Shown piece by piece: positions 34,646-47,999 of a stretch of 64,000 bases of DNA. The notes beneath the pieces were generated by a model. The model made no database searches. It saw nothing but the letters and a program-made list of their open reading frames with translations, and was not told the DNA's origin. The stretch spans positions 43,028,001 to 43,092,000 of the forward strand of contig NC_088855.1 in assembly GCF_963853765.1 (NCBI RefSeq). The letters are read 5' to 3'. Position numbers and translations under genes: made by a program. How positions within the stretch are numbered: the first letter of the stretch is position 1; each line of letters begins with the position of its first letter. The stretch comes from Magallana gigas. Its lineage: Eukaryota.

Positions 34646-37244
34646 ATGAACTGTCTAGTGCAGTACTCAGACAGCGAAGATGAATTATCCGATAAGGAAG
34701 ATCCAGATTATATAGGAATGAAGCGAAAAAACCCAACGAACTTCAAAGTTTGCACAGAAAATAATAAGAAGTTGAGGTAGGTGGCACGTAATATGGCTTG
34801 TCTCATAATTGTAAGTAGGATAATCACGACAGAATGATGTGTATAATTGTTTTAGTCTGTTACTAAAAGTCCATGCGCTTGTGGTGTTATGTTTTTCTTA
34901 ATTTACAGGTCAGGTGAAATTCTACCCCTCCCAGATTCAATAAAAACTTTATTTTCCTCTGGAAAAAAACGTGAAGACAATCCCGAGGTTCATGAGGGAA
35001 GAATTCGATCTTTTGAACATTTGGAAGGAAACTGGGCTACACACATTGGCGTTTCATGTAAGGGACATTCATGATGATATAGATCTAAAGTTAAATTGTA
35101 TCCGCATGTATGCATTGATTTTCGTTGGAAACTTCAGTTCAATGTATCATGTTCTTAATTAATAAAAGAAATAAGTAGAATATAAATAAAGACATGCTCA
35201 CATAGATATTGTTTTTAAGCCAAAAGTATGTTTTTTTTAGAAGCTTTTAATGTTTAGTGTAGAAATTGCATGAAGATCCTCAATGCATGAATATGGATTA
35301 ATTCAAAAATGTAATTAATATGACAGTCTTGCATCTAACTTCATTAAAATTATTTGATAGAAAGAAATCAATATCATTTTCTTTTTCATTATAGATGATC
35401 CCGATGAAAGAATGATTGAGTTGATTGATGAACTATTGAAATGCCTGAGGCCACTTGAATTTAAACCAATGAAAGATCTTCATTTGAGTTTGTCAAGAAC
35501 CGTTGCCATTCGTCATCACTGGATTCAGCCACTGACAGATAGACTGCAAAGAAGATTTAAAATGCTACCAAAGTAGGTTTAAAATGTTGGTATTTATAAA
35601 ATTTTGATCTGTTGTAAGCAATGCAGAGTTGACATTTTATATCTGTGTAAAGAGTGAAGTTACTTGACTCAACAAGCAATGTAATATTTAACATTACAGA
35701 ACATGCTGTGAAATTTCTTCTGTGAAGCTGTATACAAATGATGAAAAAACAAGGTTGGTAAATTAGCATGTGTATTAGCTGCATATTGCATGCAATAGTT
35801 TACTTAGATCCTTCTCTGAGGCATGAAGGTGCATAGGGCCGATGCTCGTTTCTGGTTTTTGTGATGCTAAGAGGTTGAGAGTACCATAATTTACTTCCCC
35901 TAGTTGGGCACCAGTCCATCACAGGTTAACCCCAGCATAAGCTGGTACTCAACTGCAGCTGGGTCGAATGAGACAATGTAGGTAAAGTGCCTTCTCTAAA
36001 GACCCAACACACAACATCAAGTGACCACAGTGGGGATAAAACCCGCACTTTTGGGTTAGTGGCCTTTCACCTGTGACCTCTGAACCATGTGCTCCACATA
36101 TTGCATGCAATCAGTAATGTATTGCTGACAATGAAAAAAGCTGGAGGGATTAAATAAAGCCCATAAATAAACGCATATAAATTTATTAACTGCATACATG
36201 TACATTCCATATTGCATGCAGGTCATCTACAAACCATGTTACTAATAATGAATGCCAGTTCCAGTCAAAGCACCATATATAAGGGTGTGGGAGAGAAATT
36301 GATAGATTAGACCTTGATTTGAACCACAGATCTCTGGTACTCTAGCCAAGAGCTCCTGCCACTGAGATATCTGGCTTTGATGATATTTTTTCCTTTATTT
36401 TCAATTATTTTGCAGACATTGAATTAATAATGTTTTTTATTATAGGACCTTTCTGTCACTGACTGTCTCTGCACCTAGAGATATTCTACAGCAATACACA
36501 AAAGCTGTTGATGAGTGCTTTGAGGAATACAAATTACCAAAGTACTATGAGGTATTTATTAAAGTCAAAACAATTTTGGAATTTTATTTCATAAGCAGAC
36601 ATAAATGCTTAGTACACATAGATTGATTAAAAAGTGATAAAAATATTTTTATTTGTGCAATAATTCCATTACAGCAGATACCTTTTTTTGTCATTATTAA
36701 AGAGATCATAACAGCTGTTTTTTAAAACAAAATTTTACAGACATAATACTTTTAACATATATATATTTTAAAAAGAATGTTGCAAACATTCATGTAGTAG
36801 TACATCTTAAACATTACTATGTATCTTTTCGTGTTAGAATCCCTCCTTCCACATTAGCATAGGCTGGTGTCTCAAAGATGTCATCCCTCAGATTAGTGAA
36901 GAAACACTGAACAAATTGCAGGTACGCCATACATTAAGATGTACCTCATAATAATTTCACTTTATAAAAATAATTGGCATAATGAAACTACCATTTATTG
37001 ATCAAAGAAGGTTGATTATTAAAGGTCAAATTCTCAAAAATGATTCTGATAATCTTCAATCCAAACAAAAATTATAAAGTTTAGAATTCTCATTGCCTAG
37101 TTGATTGTGTTATTTCAGGATTTAGTTGATAATGCAATGGAAGAATATCCAGAATTACGGCTATTCGCCATAGAGGAGGCCATTTGTAAATCAGGAAACA
37201 AACAATTCCCTCTGCCACTGTCCGATTTCACAGGAGACGGATGA
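34646..37244 (+). CDS. USB1: U6 snRNA phosphodiesterase USB1 (275 aa)
   Basis: Exons 34646-34776, 34909-35057, 35395-35572, 35700-35753, 36446-36551, 36838-36921, 37119-37244 (828 nt, in phase). Motifs: LVxYSDSE, HEGRIRSFEHLEGNWATH, HLSLSRT and FHISIGW (two 2H motifs), YTNDEKTRTF, CKSGNK. Confidence 0.95.
35820..36097 (-). mobile_element. tRNA-derived CORE-type SINE in USB1 intron 4
   Basis: The minus strand has degenerate A/B boxes at its 5' end. The + strand reads GGTAAAGTGCCTTCTCTAAAGACCCAACAC and GCTGGTACTCAACTGCAGCTGGGT, which resemble the CORE domain. Confidence 0.6.
36309..36375 (-). mobile_element. tRNA-like SINE head fragment
   Basis: Minus strand GATATCTCAGTGGCAG (A box-like) ... 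GGTTCAAATC (B box). No full cloverleaf. Confidence 0.45.
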
Positions 37245-39274
37245 TGAATCAAATTAAAAGAGATTGTTAAGTTATCCCATAGCATTCCTTAGATGTCAGG
37301 AGAGAGCTGAAAAAACCCACTGAAGGACAAAAACAGTTGGACAAGAAAGATTAGTGCGGTGCAGAGGCCTCCTCCCAAAACACCGTGATACATCTTGATT
37401 CTTGATGAGGTTTTTAGGATTGTTGATGCATCAACTAAATAAATAAAGATATAAACCTGTTGTCATCTTGTTATTAAAAACAGAACATTTGCTGTATTTT
37501 TAAAATTTTATAGTCAGAAAAGTGTACAGTCAAGAGCCCTGTACAGAACGTTGGACCAAAAGATTCACACAAGCAATTGTGCTAATGAATGTTAGAAATA
37601 AAGTGTAATGTTTTGCATTCAAGTAAATACAGTATCAAACAGTACACAGCTCACAAGATAACCTTTAGAGTAACCGCAATTCTATTTCTAAAACACAATA
37701 TGTTGCCAGACTAAAACTGTACCATACTGAATCCCACATGGTGCCATGGTCGACCAAATTAGAGCTTTAAAATTATATTATCTCAGAGACTGATACTGAT
37801 GGTCCAATATACATCGTTCTATAAATTTGATTTAATGGTTCGAAAAATGATAATTCAAATGTTTTACATTGACAGAGTAATTGTTTTAGAAAGTGTATTC
37901 TCATTTTTACAAACGACGAAAACCAAATATACCAGTGGAAAGAAACTGAGAAATGGAAGAGTAGCATAGCAAATGTATCTTATTTATAAAAAGAGAACTT
38001 AAGAATTCACCATAATTATAGTTATCGATTAAAAAAACCTACATAATACAAACAATAGTTAAGGAATAAAGAATCAATAATTGACTTATGGTGTGATCAT
38101 TTTAGTCGGCTATGCACGTGATCAAATTTTTAGGTCTGACGGCGCGCTGACTGTAATGACCACTTTATGAAATTTAAAGAATGATTCCTTTCTACTTTTT
38201 AAAAACTATTTTAAAGATTTATTCGTAAAATTGATTAATTGATATTTTTACCTGTTTTTATCATGCAAATTCCGCTTGTGCTCCAACAGTGTATGTCATT
38301 TAACACATTTCGATTTGTAAGAAATTCAGACGCGCGGTGCAAAGCAAATTTCTACGTGATGCTACTAAACACGCTGATTTTAGGCAGTGTACCAATGATG
38401 AAATTATTAAAATAACCATAACGGTGTTGGGAAATGTGAAATAGTGGGGCTGGAAAACGGTTGTACTAAGAGAAAGCCCTCGAATATAGCATAAGTTTTG
38501 GCACAACAAAACAACAAATACTGTAGGTATTCGAAAAATACAATTATAAAACAGTTGCACGACAAACGCCGGTTTAACACGTGTTCGACTGAGAGAGTTT
38601 AGAGACATGCAGATCTGTCCTAATACACCAATCGTCATTTTTGGGTAATCGAAATTTCAATTTATATACATATATTCAAATAGTTTATGCATTAAAATAA
38701 ATTATTTTACGTTTGAGGTTGGATTTGGATATATGGGTATATTGTATATAAGACCATTGCATTTTCCAAACAAAGAAAAGTGTTTTTGTACAAAACCCAT
38801 TTTTTTTGTTCAAATCGAACACTATGTTGCAAACAAATATTCTTGATGTTGACGATCTGTTTTGTACACTGGATACCTTGGTCGGTGTACTGTAGTTGCG
38901 GTGATGCTACAAACAAAAGAACCGGTTCTTGGCACCGGAAAGACAGATCACTCCAAAAATAGTAACAGTTCGACTCAACACTCCAGCACGGGGAAAACTC
39001 GCACACTTGCTGACACCGAGCAATTGGACCATCGTGTATTTAGACTGACTCCGACTGTGTCGATAATACTAAGACCAACTCCAAGTCGAAAACAGGTGAG
39101 GGTATATCGGTAATGCATATTTACTATAAATACCCTTTTTCCTTGTTAGTTTGAATGATTTCAAACGAACAGAAGGGATATGATCAGCATTATAAAAGGT
39201 GATATATATATACTATATCAGTTTGAGGGAAAACTCCGTAGTAATACTTAAACAATTTCCTTTACATGTCTAGT

Positions 39275-42200
39275 ATGAAGCTGGAACTGTGTTGGTTGGT
39301 GGTTGCCCTTGTGTGCGGTCTGATACGCTCCGTGGAAGGGGTGGTCAAGTTGATGTCCTTCAACACGGGACTGACGTCACGCATCCCGTACCGCCAAGAA
39401 CGGTCCCAGTACATCGAGGGGCACCTAGCACAGAGTCAGCCAGATTATATATGTCTACAAGAGGTAACTGTGATCCTCTAAAGTAGTCTAATAGAATTCA
39501 GTTGAATCAGAAATACATGTAGTTGTATCGAATAAAGTATATTACTATGAACCGTAACCCAGATAAATAATGTACAGATACTAAAATGTCCAGTTTTTCA
39601 TTTTCGTGAAATGTAATATGCAGGTACTGGGTAATCATTTTTATTGGTGGGGGTCAACGTTTGTGGGTAGTCAAATTTTTTTTCCTGGTTCGTGGGGGAG
39701 TAATTTCGTCGGTAGAAAATTCGGGATAATTTTATTAAAAATTAAATAAATGCTTGTATATACGTTCGTTGGGATGTAAATTCGTGGGCAAGGATTACCC
39801 AGGATAGCCACGAACATTGACCCCCCCCCCCCCCGAATAATGACTTTTACACAGTATATTACAAACGATGAATAGTCTAGGCATGACACGTGACCGACCT
39901 CATTGAATATCAGATCATTATTCATTTTCATAACAATATTGTTAAAAAAATTCTCAATGTCAGATATTGTTCGATCAACATTTTGAGATTTACTAGTATC
40001 CCGCGAATTCAAAACATTAAAGTCCACAAGATTCATTGCAAATCTTGTTAAAATATTGTCCAACCATTGAATTTATATTTATTTTTCTTCTATAAAATAG
40101 TCAATGTCAAAGCTTATCAGAGCCACTGATTGATCGTTTCCTTGTAACGGTGATGACCTAATAGGTTAAGGTCAAAAATATATATGTTAATATTTTTTGA
40201 ACGAATTTTCATTTTTTTTAAGGTATGGCACTATCGCGAGCTGTACAATATTGTGAAGCAGAACATCGCCACCTATCCTCACTCGTTTAGCGCCATACAC
40301 AGCAGTACCCCTAGCCTTCTCAGTAACAAGGGTTTTCACTGGCCGCCATGTGCGAGATTTCAAGTCGTCAAAATGTTTTTCAAAATGTGGTGGTATGGTA
40401 AGCATATACTTTTTCACCAAAGAACAAGGTGAAAAAAAATAATTCATATCATATAAAAGATTGTTTGCGCTCTATACATTAATCAATTTGTTCGTTCAGT
40501 TTTAATGAGAAAACCGGACATTACTTGATTACTGTTTCAAAAAAAATTCAACAGTGATTCAGAAAATTTAGTCCACTTCGCAAATACATGTATATAGAAA
40601 TTAAAACAAAATAATTTTTTTTCGAGCTTATTTAAAAATAAATATACATCAGGCGCTTGTACATGTAAAGTCTTTTAAATAGGTTGTACGTCCAAAAAGA
40701 ATGACGTCGACCGTTTGGTCTGTGTGACTGAGAAAGCCGGCTTCATGGATCTTCCACAAGACTGTATCACGTGTCTAACCATGACCAAGCTTACCGCCAG
40801 TGCTGCCTTCAGCAACTGCCTGGGATCTATTAGGAACCAAATGAATGTCCCCGGGTTGTTGGTTCTGAGCAAACGGAATTTACATAATACAAAAATGGTT
40901 TACTTCCGGCCTAATGTAAAACAGCTTCTTCCACGAGGATACCTAATGGCTGAGGTAAAAGTGTGAGCTTTAACATTATTGTTTGTCGTTGTAATTTTGT
41001 TTTTAAGAAGCAATATTTCAACAATAGAGACAAGTGGATGATATTTTACTGTTTCTTTACCTGCTCTTTGTCCTGAGGATCAATTCTGGTTTCACGCATT
41101 ATTTTTACGTGATCATAAGAACCTAGTCCATCCCATGCAAGTTTGAAGTAAAAGTGGTACGATGGTACGGCAATTGGTCGTAATTCAACTTTTTGTACAC
41201 AACTCCAGCGTGAATCTAGAGAGGGTCGGGAGTCCAGACCCTCATGAAAAATTCAAATTTATTAAATATGCCTCCCCCCAAGCTAAAATATCCCTCGGAT
41301 TCCACTTTTCTCCCTGAAAAAAATACTTTGGCTTTAATGGTACAGGACTTTCTAATTGGAGCAATTTATATATAGACCATATATACGTTCTAAGTCAAAT
41401 TTTGTTTATTGCTACTCTGTGAATTTTTGCTGTAAATAAATCTATTCTATTTATGTAGGTTCCTAAACTTGGCGCCGTTGCTTGTACACATACAGCCGCA
41501 AATTTAGGCAAAATATATTACGAGCGTAAGTTTCCGCTTTTTTTTTTCAAAATAAAAATAGCTTTTCATATGAATTTATGATACAAATTGAATGCATGAA
41601 ATACTTTTCTTTTTTCAGCAAATTTAAAATCCCAAATTAGCAGTTGGGAAGAGGAAAATATGCAGGACGCCGGCATTTTGATACGAGATTTATCTTCCTT
41701 TCCCAAAACCATAATAATGGGGGATCTCAACAGCAGTCCCTCTATTCCGGATAAACAAATACAGGGAGACTTTGAAAGTAAAGTGACCACAAGCTTTCTA
41801 TTTAAATATGTTTTTCCTGAAATATTCTTTAAAATTTGCATGTCAAGGAAATAAGCTGGGGATATCAAAGAGGTCATTTGTTTTCGTAATAAATCAACAG
41901 CTTTGAACATGATATTGATATTTTATATGTATATGATTATTATTTAATTTTTCTCTTCCAAAAAAAAAGCTGAGTTTTATGTTGATATGTACATTTTATA
42001 TGACCAGGGACCCTAGCACTCTTTACGAAGAAAAACTACACCACCCCTTACACGGACCTGTGTGGGTTGTGTACCTTTTGTGCTGAGAACAACTTGGTGC
42101 CATATAAAACAAGCTGGATTTTGGACCATGTATTGATCCGAGGCATGAAAGCTCAACAAGCTAAGGTATAACACATGTAACTGGAGGAGGGTTTGGGAAG

Positions 42201-42795
42201 GGCTGGGATTGAGATAGTTTTATTAAGTGTTTAGTTTCTAAGGGTTTCTAGTACTAAATAATTAAAAGATTCATTCCTTAAGGAGGCTGAGTGGCCAACG
42301 TATTAGCAGTCAAATCTATGACCGCGTTGGTTTATACGGTACTAGAGCATTCGTCTGGAACTGCATCCGTCGTGCTTCCCCGGAGTGAACGGGGTGAGGA
42401 AATGTTGGCGTAAAGAGCAAGAGTTATAAGGTTGAGGCGCACTGTGGGTCGTAAGGTAAAAGGTAAAAACAAGGTTAGGTATGCCGTATTCCCAGAGGTC
42501 CACCAAAAAATACAACTCCAGAGAAATAAACTAAGTGTGAAGGAGTAGGTATTTATTATTGAATTTCAAAGGACAATAATAAACAAAAAAGGGACACCGA
42601 TGGAGGTGGCCGGTCATGCGTCTGGCTGATATATTCAGTCTAAAGACCACGCCCTCTGAATTGAACTTGAATGATTAATTATTATAAGATAAATTATTGT
42701 TTTTACAGAGAGTGATGGACGTGAAGATACCTGGGCACAATGTCCACCCCTCGGACCATTACGGGATACAAGTGGAGGTGAATAGCGCCACCTAG
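39275..42795 (+). CDS. Secreted endonuclease/exonuclease/phosphatase (EEP) superfamily protein (368 aa)
   Basis: Exons 39275-39463, 40223-40397, 40683-40954, 41459-41525, 41619-41777, 42008-42165, 42709-42795 (1107 nt, in phase). Signal peptide MKLELCWLVVALVCGLIRSVEG. Motifs SFN, CLQE, CTH, MGDLN, LDHV, SDHY. A likely 5' UTR exon ends at 39095. Confidence 0.92.
39627..39854. mobile_element. TA-flanked mariner-type MITE
   Basis: TA|CTGGGTAATCATT ... AATGACTTTTACACAG|TA: degenerate TIR. Confidence 0.55.
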
Positions 42796-43498
42796 TAGGT
42801 TACTCTTCCGAAGGCAACTGTGACGTTATGGACCAACTAAATAAAAACAATTATAAAATTTGTTTAAAAAAATCAATAAAACATTTTTTTTTTGCATCAT
42901 GGTATTCACCATAAAAGTACTGCAACTTTCTATTAGGAAAAGATTGGTTTCCATTATACATTGTTGATGTCGGGTGATGAGTTAGTTTGAAACCGTTTTA
43001 CTAAATCGATAAATACGTTCGTTATGTATTTCAGATAATTTTATGAAAACACAACAACGCTTTTCTATACTAAATATGATTGCTGTGATCATTGCACAAA
43101 AAATCGAAAACCTTCTGGTTTCCAGTATACCCCAAATCAGTTTGTTTCATTAATGAAAATTCAGTATAGTGTATGCACCCCTGTGAATGTGTTCGGTTTG
43201 TTTTCTTTATCGTTGCTAAGTATGTTATAAATCCAAAGGTACTCAAATGAAAGTTCAGGAGACTTCCACGAGATTTGTTCAGTTCCTGTAAAATTACGAG
43301 CGGAAGTATTAGTGTTTGGATAATATTCTCAAAATACGTAAGTACTTGTAGTTTTTCATATCATATCCTACTTTGATTTATATTAAAAAACGAAAATATA
43401 TCAAGATAAAGGTCTTATTTGATCATCTAGCGGTTATTTAAACTAAACGATGATATTCAGAACAGGGTTATCGTTCGTGTTCAACCATTCTACACGTG

Positions 43499-43975
43499 CA
43501 CCCCTGCGAATGTTATTTAAATTTTAGAACACGTGGTTTTATTTGGCCCTTTCAGTTTCGCAGTAAAAATCATGCCTCGCGTTTATAGTCTATTTCATAG
43601 AACATAAGTACTTGTAATCAAATATAAAATCTAGACGTGTATTGATTATAAACTTTATCTTCATTAATTGGTGGATAAAATGAATTCTAGAAATAAATGT
43701 GACAATAGAAATAGGTTTTTTTCTACTGTTTCAACAATTAACATGTTTAGTAGCGACCCCCCCCCCCCCTAAGAATTAATTTTCGATCCGCGCCTGGCGT
43801 AGTAATAGCCCAATAGTGAAACAGACTATACTATTTTATGCAGAATATATTTGTCTACAGAACCTAGATTCTAGGAAATACACTATAACCACGTGGCACA
43901 ATTTTTACCGAAACTGGAAGGGTCAAATAAAACCACGTGGTCTAAATTTATATGAAAATAACATTCGGAGGGGTG
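43499..43975. mobile_element. MITE with an imperfect terminal inverted repeat of about 60 bp
   Basis: CACCCCTGCGAATGTTATTT-AAATTTTAGAACACGTGGTTTTATTTGGCCCTTTCAGTTTCG, mirrored by CGAAACTGGAAGGGTCAAATAAAACCACGTGGTCTAAATTT...AAATAACATTCGGAGGGGTG. Confidence 0.7.
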
Positions 43976-44076
43976 GTATAAATGGCAATATATTGAGATT
44001 GTATCCTTAAAACAGCCATTGCATTCAACACCTCACCATGTTTAGGCTACCATGTTCAGGCATATCATGCTGTTAA

Positions 44077-44501
44077 AGCTGAACACCGCTGGTAAATAGG
44101 CACCGTCAACTCACACAGGAACCTAGTATATAAACCCCTCGATTTCGTTACACCCGATTGCACACCTGAAACTCAAGGCCGACGTTTAGTATTCCTTTCG
44201 TGGTCTTTAGATTTTGTGCATTTATTTTCTTATTTTATGTGCATATTCTGTTGTAAATAATGCATTGACCAATTGATTTGATGTTAGTATTCTCCTGGCT
44301 TGAAAAAAGTGCGTAAAATTTGATAATTTCATCGCGACCGAGTAACACGGAGAGGCAAAATGTACGTCCACGCAGGTGAGACCTCTACACCAAAGTACTC
44401 TGAACTGTTTAGAGGTCTTAGCCTTATATAGGGGTTGTAGGGACAACAGTAATGAAAGAGAATTATAGCGGACAGTGCCTATTTATGAGCGTTGATCAGC
44501 T
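44077..44501. mobile_element. Second copy of the AGCTGAACACC Kolobok-type MITE, inverted relative to 10633-11047
   Basis: TTAA|AGCTGAACACCGCTGGTAAATAGGCAC ... GTGCCTATTTATGAGCGTTGATCAGCT|TTCA. The interior is the reverse complement of the 10633 copy. Confidence 0.88.
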
Positions 44502-45229
44502 TTCACTAATTGAGTTCATGATGTCTGATCTGGATCTTTCCAGTAACACGCTTTACTTTTGATGCAGATTCGTGGGTTATCTATTTGTCATATTAGGTGC
44601 ATGGCGTGAATTTTTTAAAAACATTATACATGTATTTACATCCAGCAAGTATCATTTCCTCTATTTCTTACGGAAATTGATTGTAAATGTAATTCATAGC
44701 TGTGTAAAAATTGACAGGACTGAAATTTACAGGCCCCGTTTATCGATTGGTCGAAACCTACAGCATCACGGACTGCACGAAATAATCATGATGATTTTAA
44801 CCTCAAATTCCCAAAGGAAACGATTTGGCTGTTTCTTGTATTAACGGTAATATAGTTATTTTTTTTTACGTTTTCCAACCAATTGATTGATTTGTTAATG
44901 AAAAGTGTAAATATGAATAATATGATTCATGCGGGTATGAAGGTAGCAATCATTGCATAAAAAACTCGGGTTATGCATTTTTCTGAAATGTCGCCACATA
45001 CAAATCCCGCATGAATAACCAAAGAAAGCATTTTACTGTTTAAGTAATTGCAAAGTAAAAAAAAACCCATTATAGTCCATATCGAAGCGTACATGCCTTA
45101 TGCCTTATTGCTTCAATGCTTTTTATAGATTAGTCCGTTTCTCACCTTGAGAGTTCCATAAATAATCTAAGTTTGCATTCATTTGAGATTTAAACTATTT
45201 TTCTTCATATAATTACATTTTTTAAAGTT

Positions 45230-45374
45230 CAGGCCCCGCCGTCACCAACGTTCCTCAAGTCAATACTCAGCCTCAAATCTGAGGTTTTACCTCAAATTTA
45301 TGCACATTTCTTTAAAGGATTTGATTTGAGGAATGTGTTGAGGGATTTGAAAATGTTGGTGACGGTGGAGCCTG
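45230..45374. mobile_element. Short (145 bp) MITE with a 20-bp TIR
   Basis: CAGGCCCCGCCGTCACCAAC ... GTTGGTGACGGTGGAGCCTG. Internal CCTCAAAT/TTTGAGG motifs are inverted. The TSD is unclear. Confidence 0.65.
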
Positions 45375-47999
45375 ATTACATTTGAGAATTGTGTTTATCT
45401 GCACTGTAAACTAAGTGACACACTTGTCTGTCAACTTTAACATAGTTTATCAATAGCCTTACATTTACTCTCGCAGAACATAAGACGACTTACGTTTTCA
45501 GTTGAAATTTTATAAACACAAACATCAGCAATATGTAGTAATTGTTCAGTGCACATATGCATCATTCCGAAACTGATATTTTGCGGCGATTTTGAGCAGG
45601 ACAAGCCTCACGCGAATACAGGTATATGTGATCCGAATAATTATAAATTTCTAAAACATAATTTGAAAATTTCTTTGCAACAAAAGATATAAAATACTCG
45701 TTTTAACTGATTCACCTGGGAATATCATCAAGGAAAGCCAAAGAATTAAAAAATTGATGTGATTCCAACGTAAAGGACAAGAACGTAGAAGGCCTGACAA
45801 ATCCCCCCATACCCAGGATTTTTAAATGACTTATGAACATTAAAAAAAATCTGTACATACGAAAGTGTGTATCTGTACATGTACATGTGATTATTTAACT
45901 GCATTTTCTGCTAAATAAGAAATATACATTAATACATGCACTTGGTACTTATCTTTGTTTTATTTGTTTTATTTACTTCCAAAACACTACAGCATGATCT
46001 CTTATTTGTGCTAGCGCTATTTTTATTCGACATTGTTTGTACAGAAAATGAACATTACATAATTGTTGTCATTAAACAAATGCTATTAAATATTTTTTCA
46101 TAATGATTCAATAAAAAAGCAAATATAATTTATTTAAGAGCAAATGAGTTCAAAAATAAAACGCCGTCTACACCATTCGAACACCCTCTCAATCGAGAAG
46201 TATGGACTACGAGCGCCCGCATAACACAGTGAGCTACGTTGACACATTAGGTTAAAAGTGAATAAATTAAACTGTTTGACAATAATTAATAAAGTAAAAT
46301 GTTTTTAGTGAAAACCACGAATTTGACCCATTATGGATCTAGCTCCATTTTAATAAATCAATAATAAAAATAAATAAAAAAATATTCTTAAAATAAAAGT
46401 ACTTTTAGAATGAAGTCCATTCATACCTAAATTTTGCAATTAAGAACAGTGAATGATCCAAGATTTTGGCATTTTTGCAAGCTTAATTTGGAAACCTATA
46501 CCTGTTGTGTTTATAGAATTACGGCACATTATTGACTCCCATAGTGAAATTTATGCTAAAAACAATTCATACAAACCGAAAATTAATATTCTAACTTTAA
46601 TTGAAATTCTTATAGGGACAGTAAGACGAAAAATAAGTTAGCTATGCAGTCAGTCGATGCGGAGTCTCCGTAAGCGGAGATCACATGGAGGTCACACTAA
46701 TATAATGTATTTATCGTCTCTACATTGACTGAATTTGACAATGGAGACGCTTGTACGTGCACGGTCTCTTGACATAGTGTGGATGACCCGTGACTTAAAG
46801 TGAAATCATAACCCCAAGGTGTACACACTTCTCTGTAACCTCTCCCTTTGTTTCCTTGGAGGCGAGATGCTTATTGCTGGTTTCGTTTTAGATGGAAATA
46901 TTCCATTAGCAGTACCACTGTGTACCACAATCTTCATTGACCTGAGAGAAATATTTGAAAAATACTTTGTTTATATATTAAGACATTGAATGTATAGTTC
47001 AATGCCGCTTATGAGTTGTCGGTGGCGGGATAAATAAGTCTTATGGCGGAGAGTGGAAACAAAAAATTATACATTATCTTATTTAGGTATAGTTGGGAAC
47101 ATTATACATGTACACGTACATGTATTTTCTTTCGTTTTAATTGATATAAGTCATAATTGTCTAGTGAATGTTTTAAAGAAAGAAATGTTTGGGTTTTTTA
47201 AACAGCAAAATAAGTAAAAAAAAATTATTTACTTCTATAAAAATTTTCAATTTGATCTCACAAGCATTTTGTCAAAATCGATAATATCTAATATTTTCCG
47301 CAATATGGATATTAGCGGGAAAAAATTATCTTGTTGATTCGAGTGAATAATTATATCCAATGAAATTCATAGTCACGAGTCACGTGGTGACGAATGTATG
47401 ATTGGTGTTCGATTAGCACGAGAAATCACTTCTAGCCCATCTTCTGAAAAAAGACGCATCAAATTTTCAACAATAAAATTTTTATTTTTTTTAATTTTAT
47501 TTATCATACCATGATTTAAATGTTTAGAATTTTTATATTTTTGTTGCAAAGCCATTGCACTACCCTGGAGACGGCGCATTTTGCGACTTTGACATGGTAT
47601 GGGACAGGTTTCAAGAGATTTTTCTGTTTAAGAATTTTTTTTGGGGGGGTGGGGGGGGGTGGGAGGGGGGTGGGAGGGGGTTGTTGGTCACGTCGTCAAT
47701 GAAAGGATCAAAAAGTTTATTTAAAAAAGGATGAGGCAGTGATTCTTAAAATTTAGTGTACACGATACATTTTTGTTTTGTTCACAATTTTAAATAAACT
47801 TCCGGTTCCACTGTATGCCTTCTGGGCTAGTCGGCAAATATACATTTGCTTGTCATTTTTGTGAGAATAGATAAGAAGTGGTGTAAAATTCAGTGAATTA
47901 AAAACAAGGTTTTCTGTCAAAACTTTCAATATTTCTGCCAACAGTAGGGCCTCCATATATAGATTTTGACTTCCCGCAGTTGAAGGTTTGTGAAGAAGG

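Noticed and set aside
39266-39274. ORF-track start MSSMKL for the EEP gene
   Set aside because: The ATG at 39266 lies upstream of the splice acceptor (TCTAG at 39269-39273). The ATG at 39275 is the likely start.
47051-47090. Recurring TACATGTA palindromes throughout the window
   Set aside because: Dispersed low-complexity motif with no positional pattern relative to genes.
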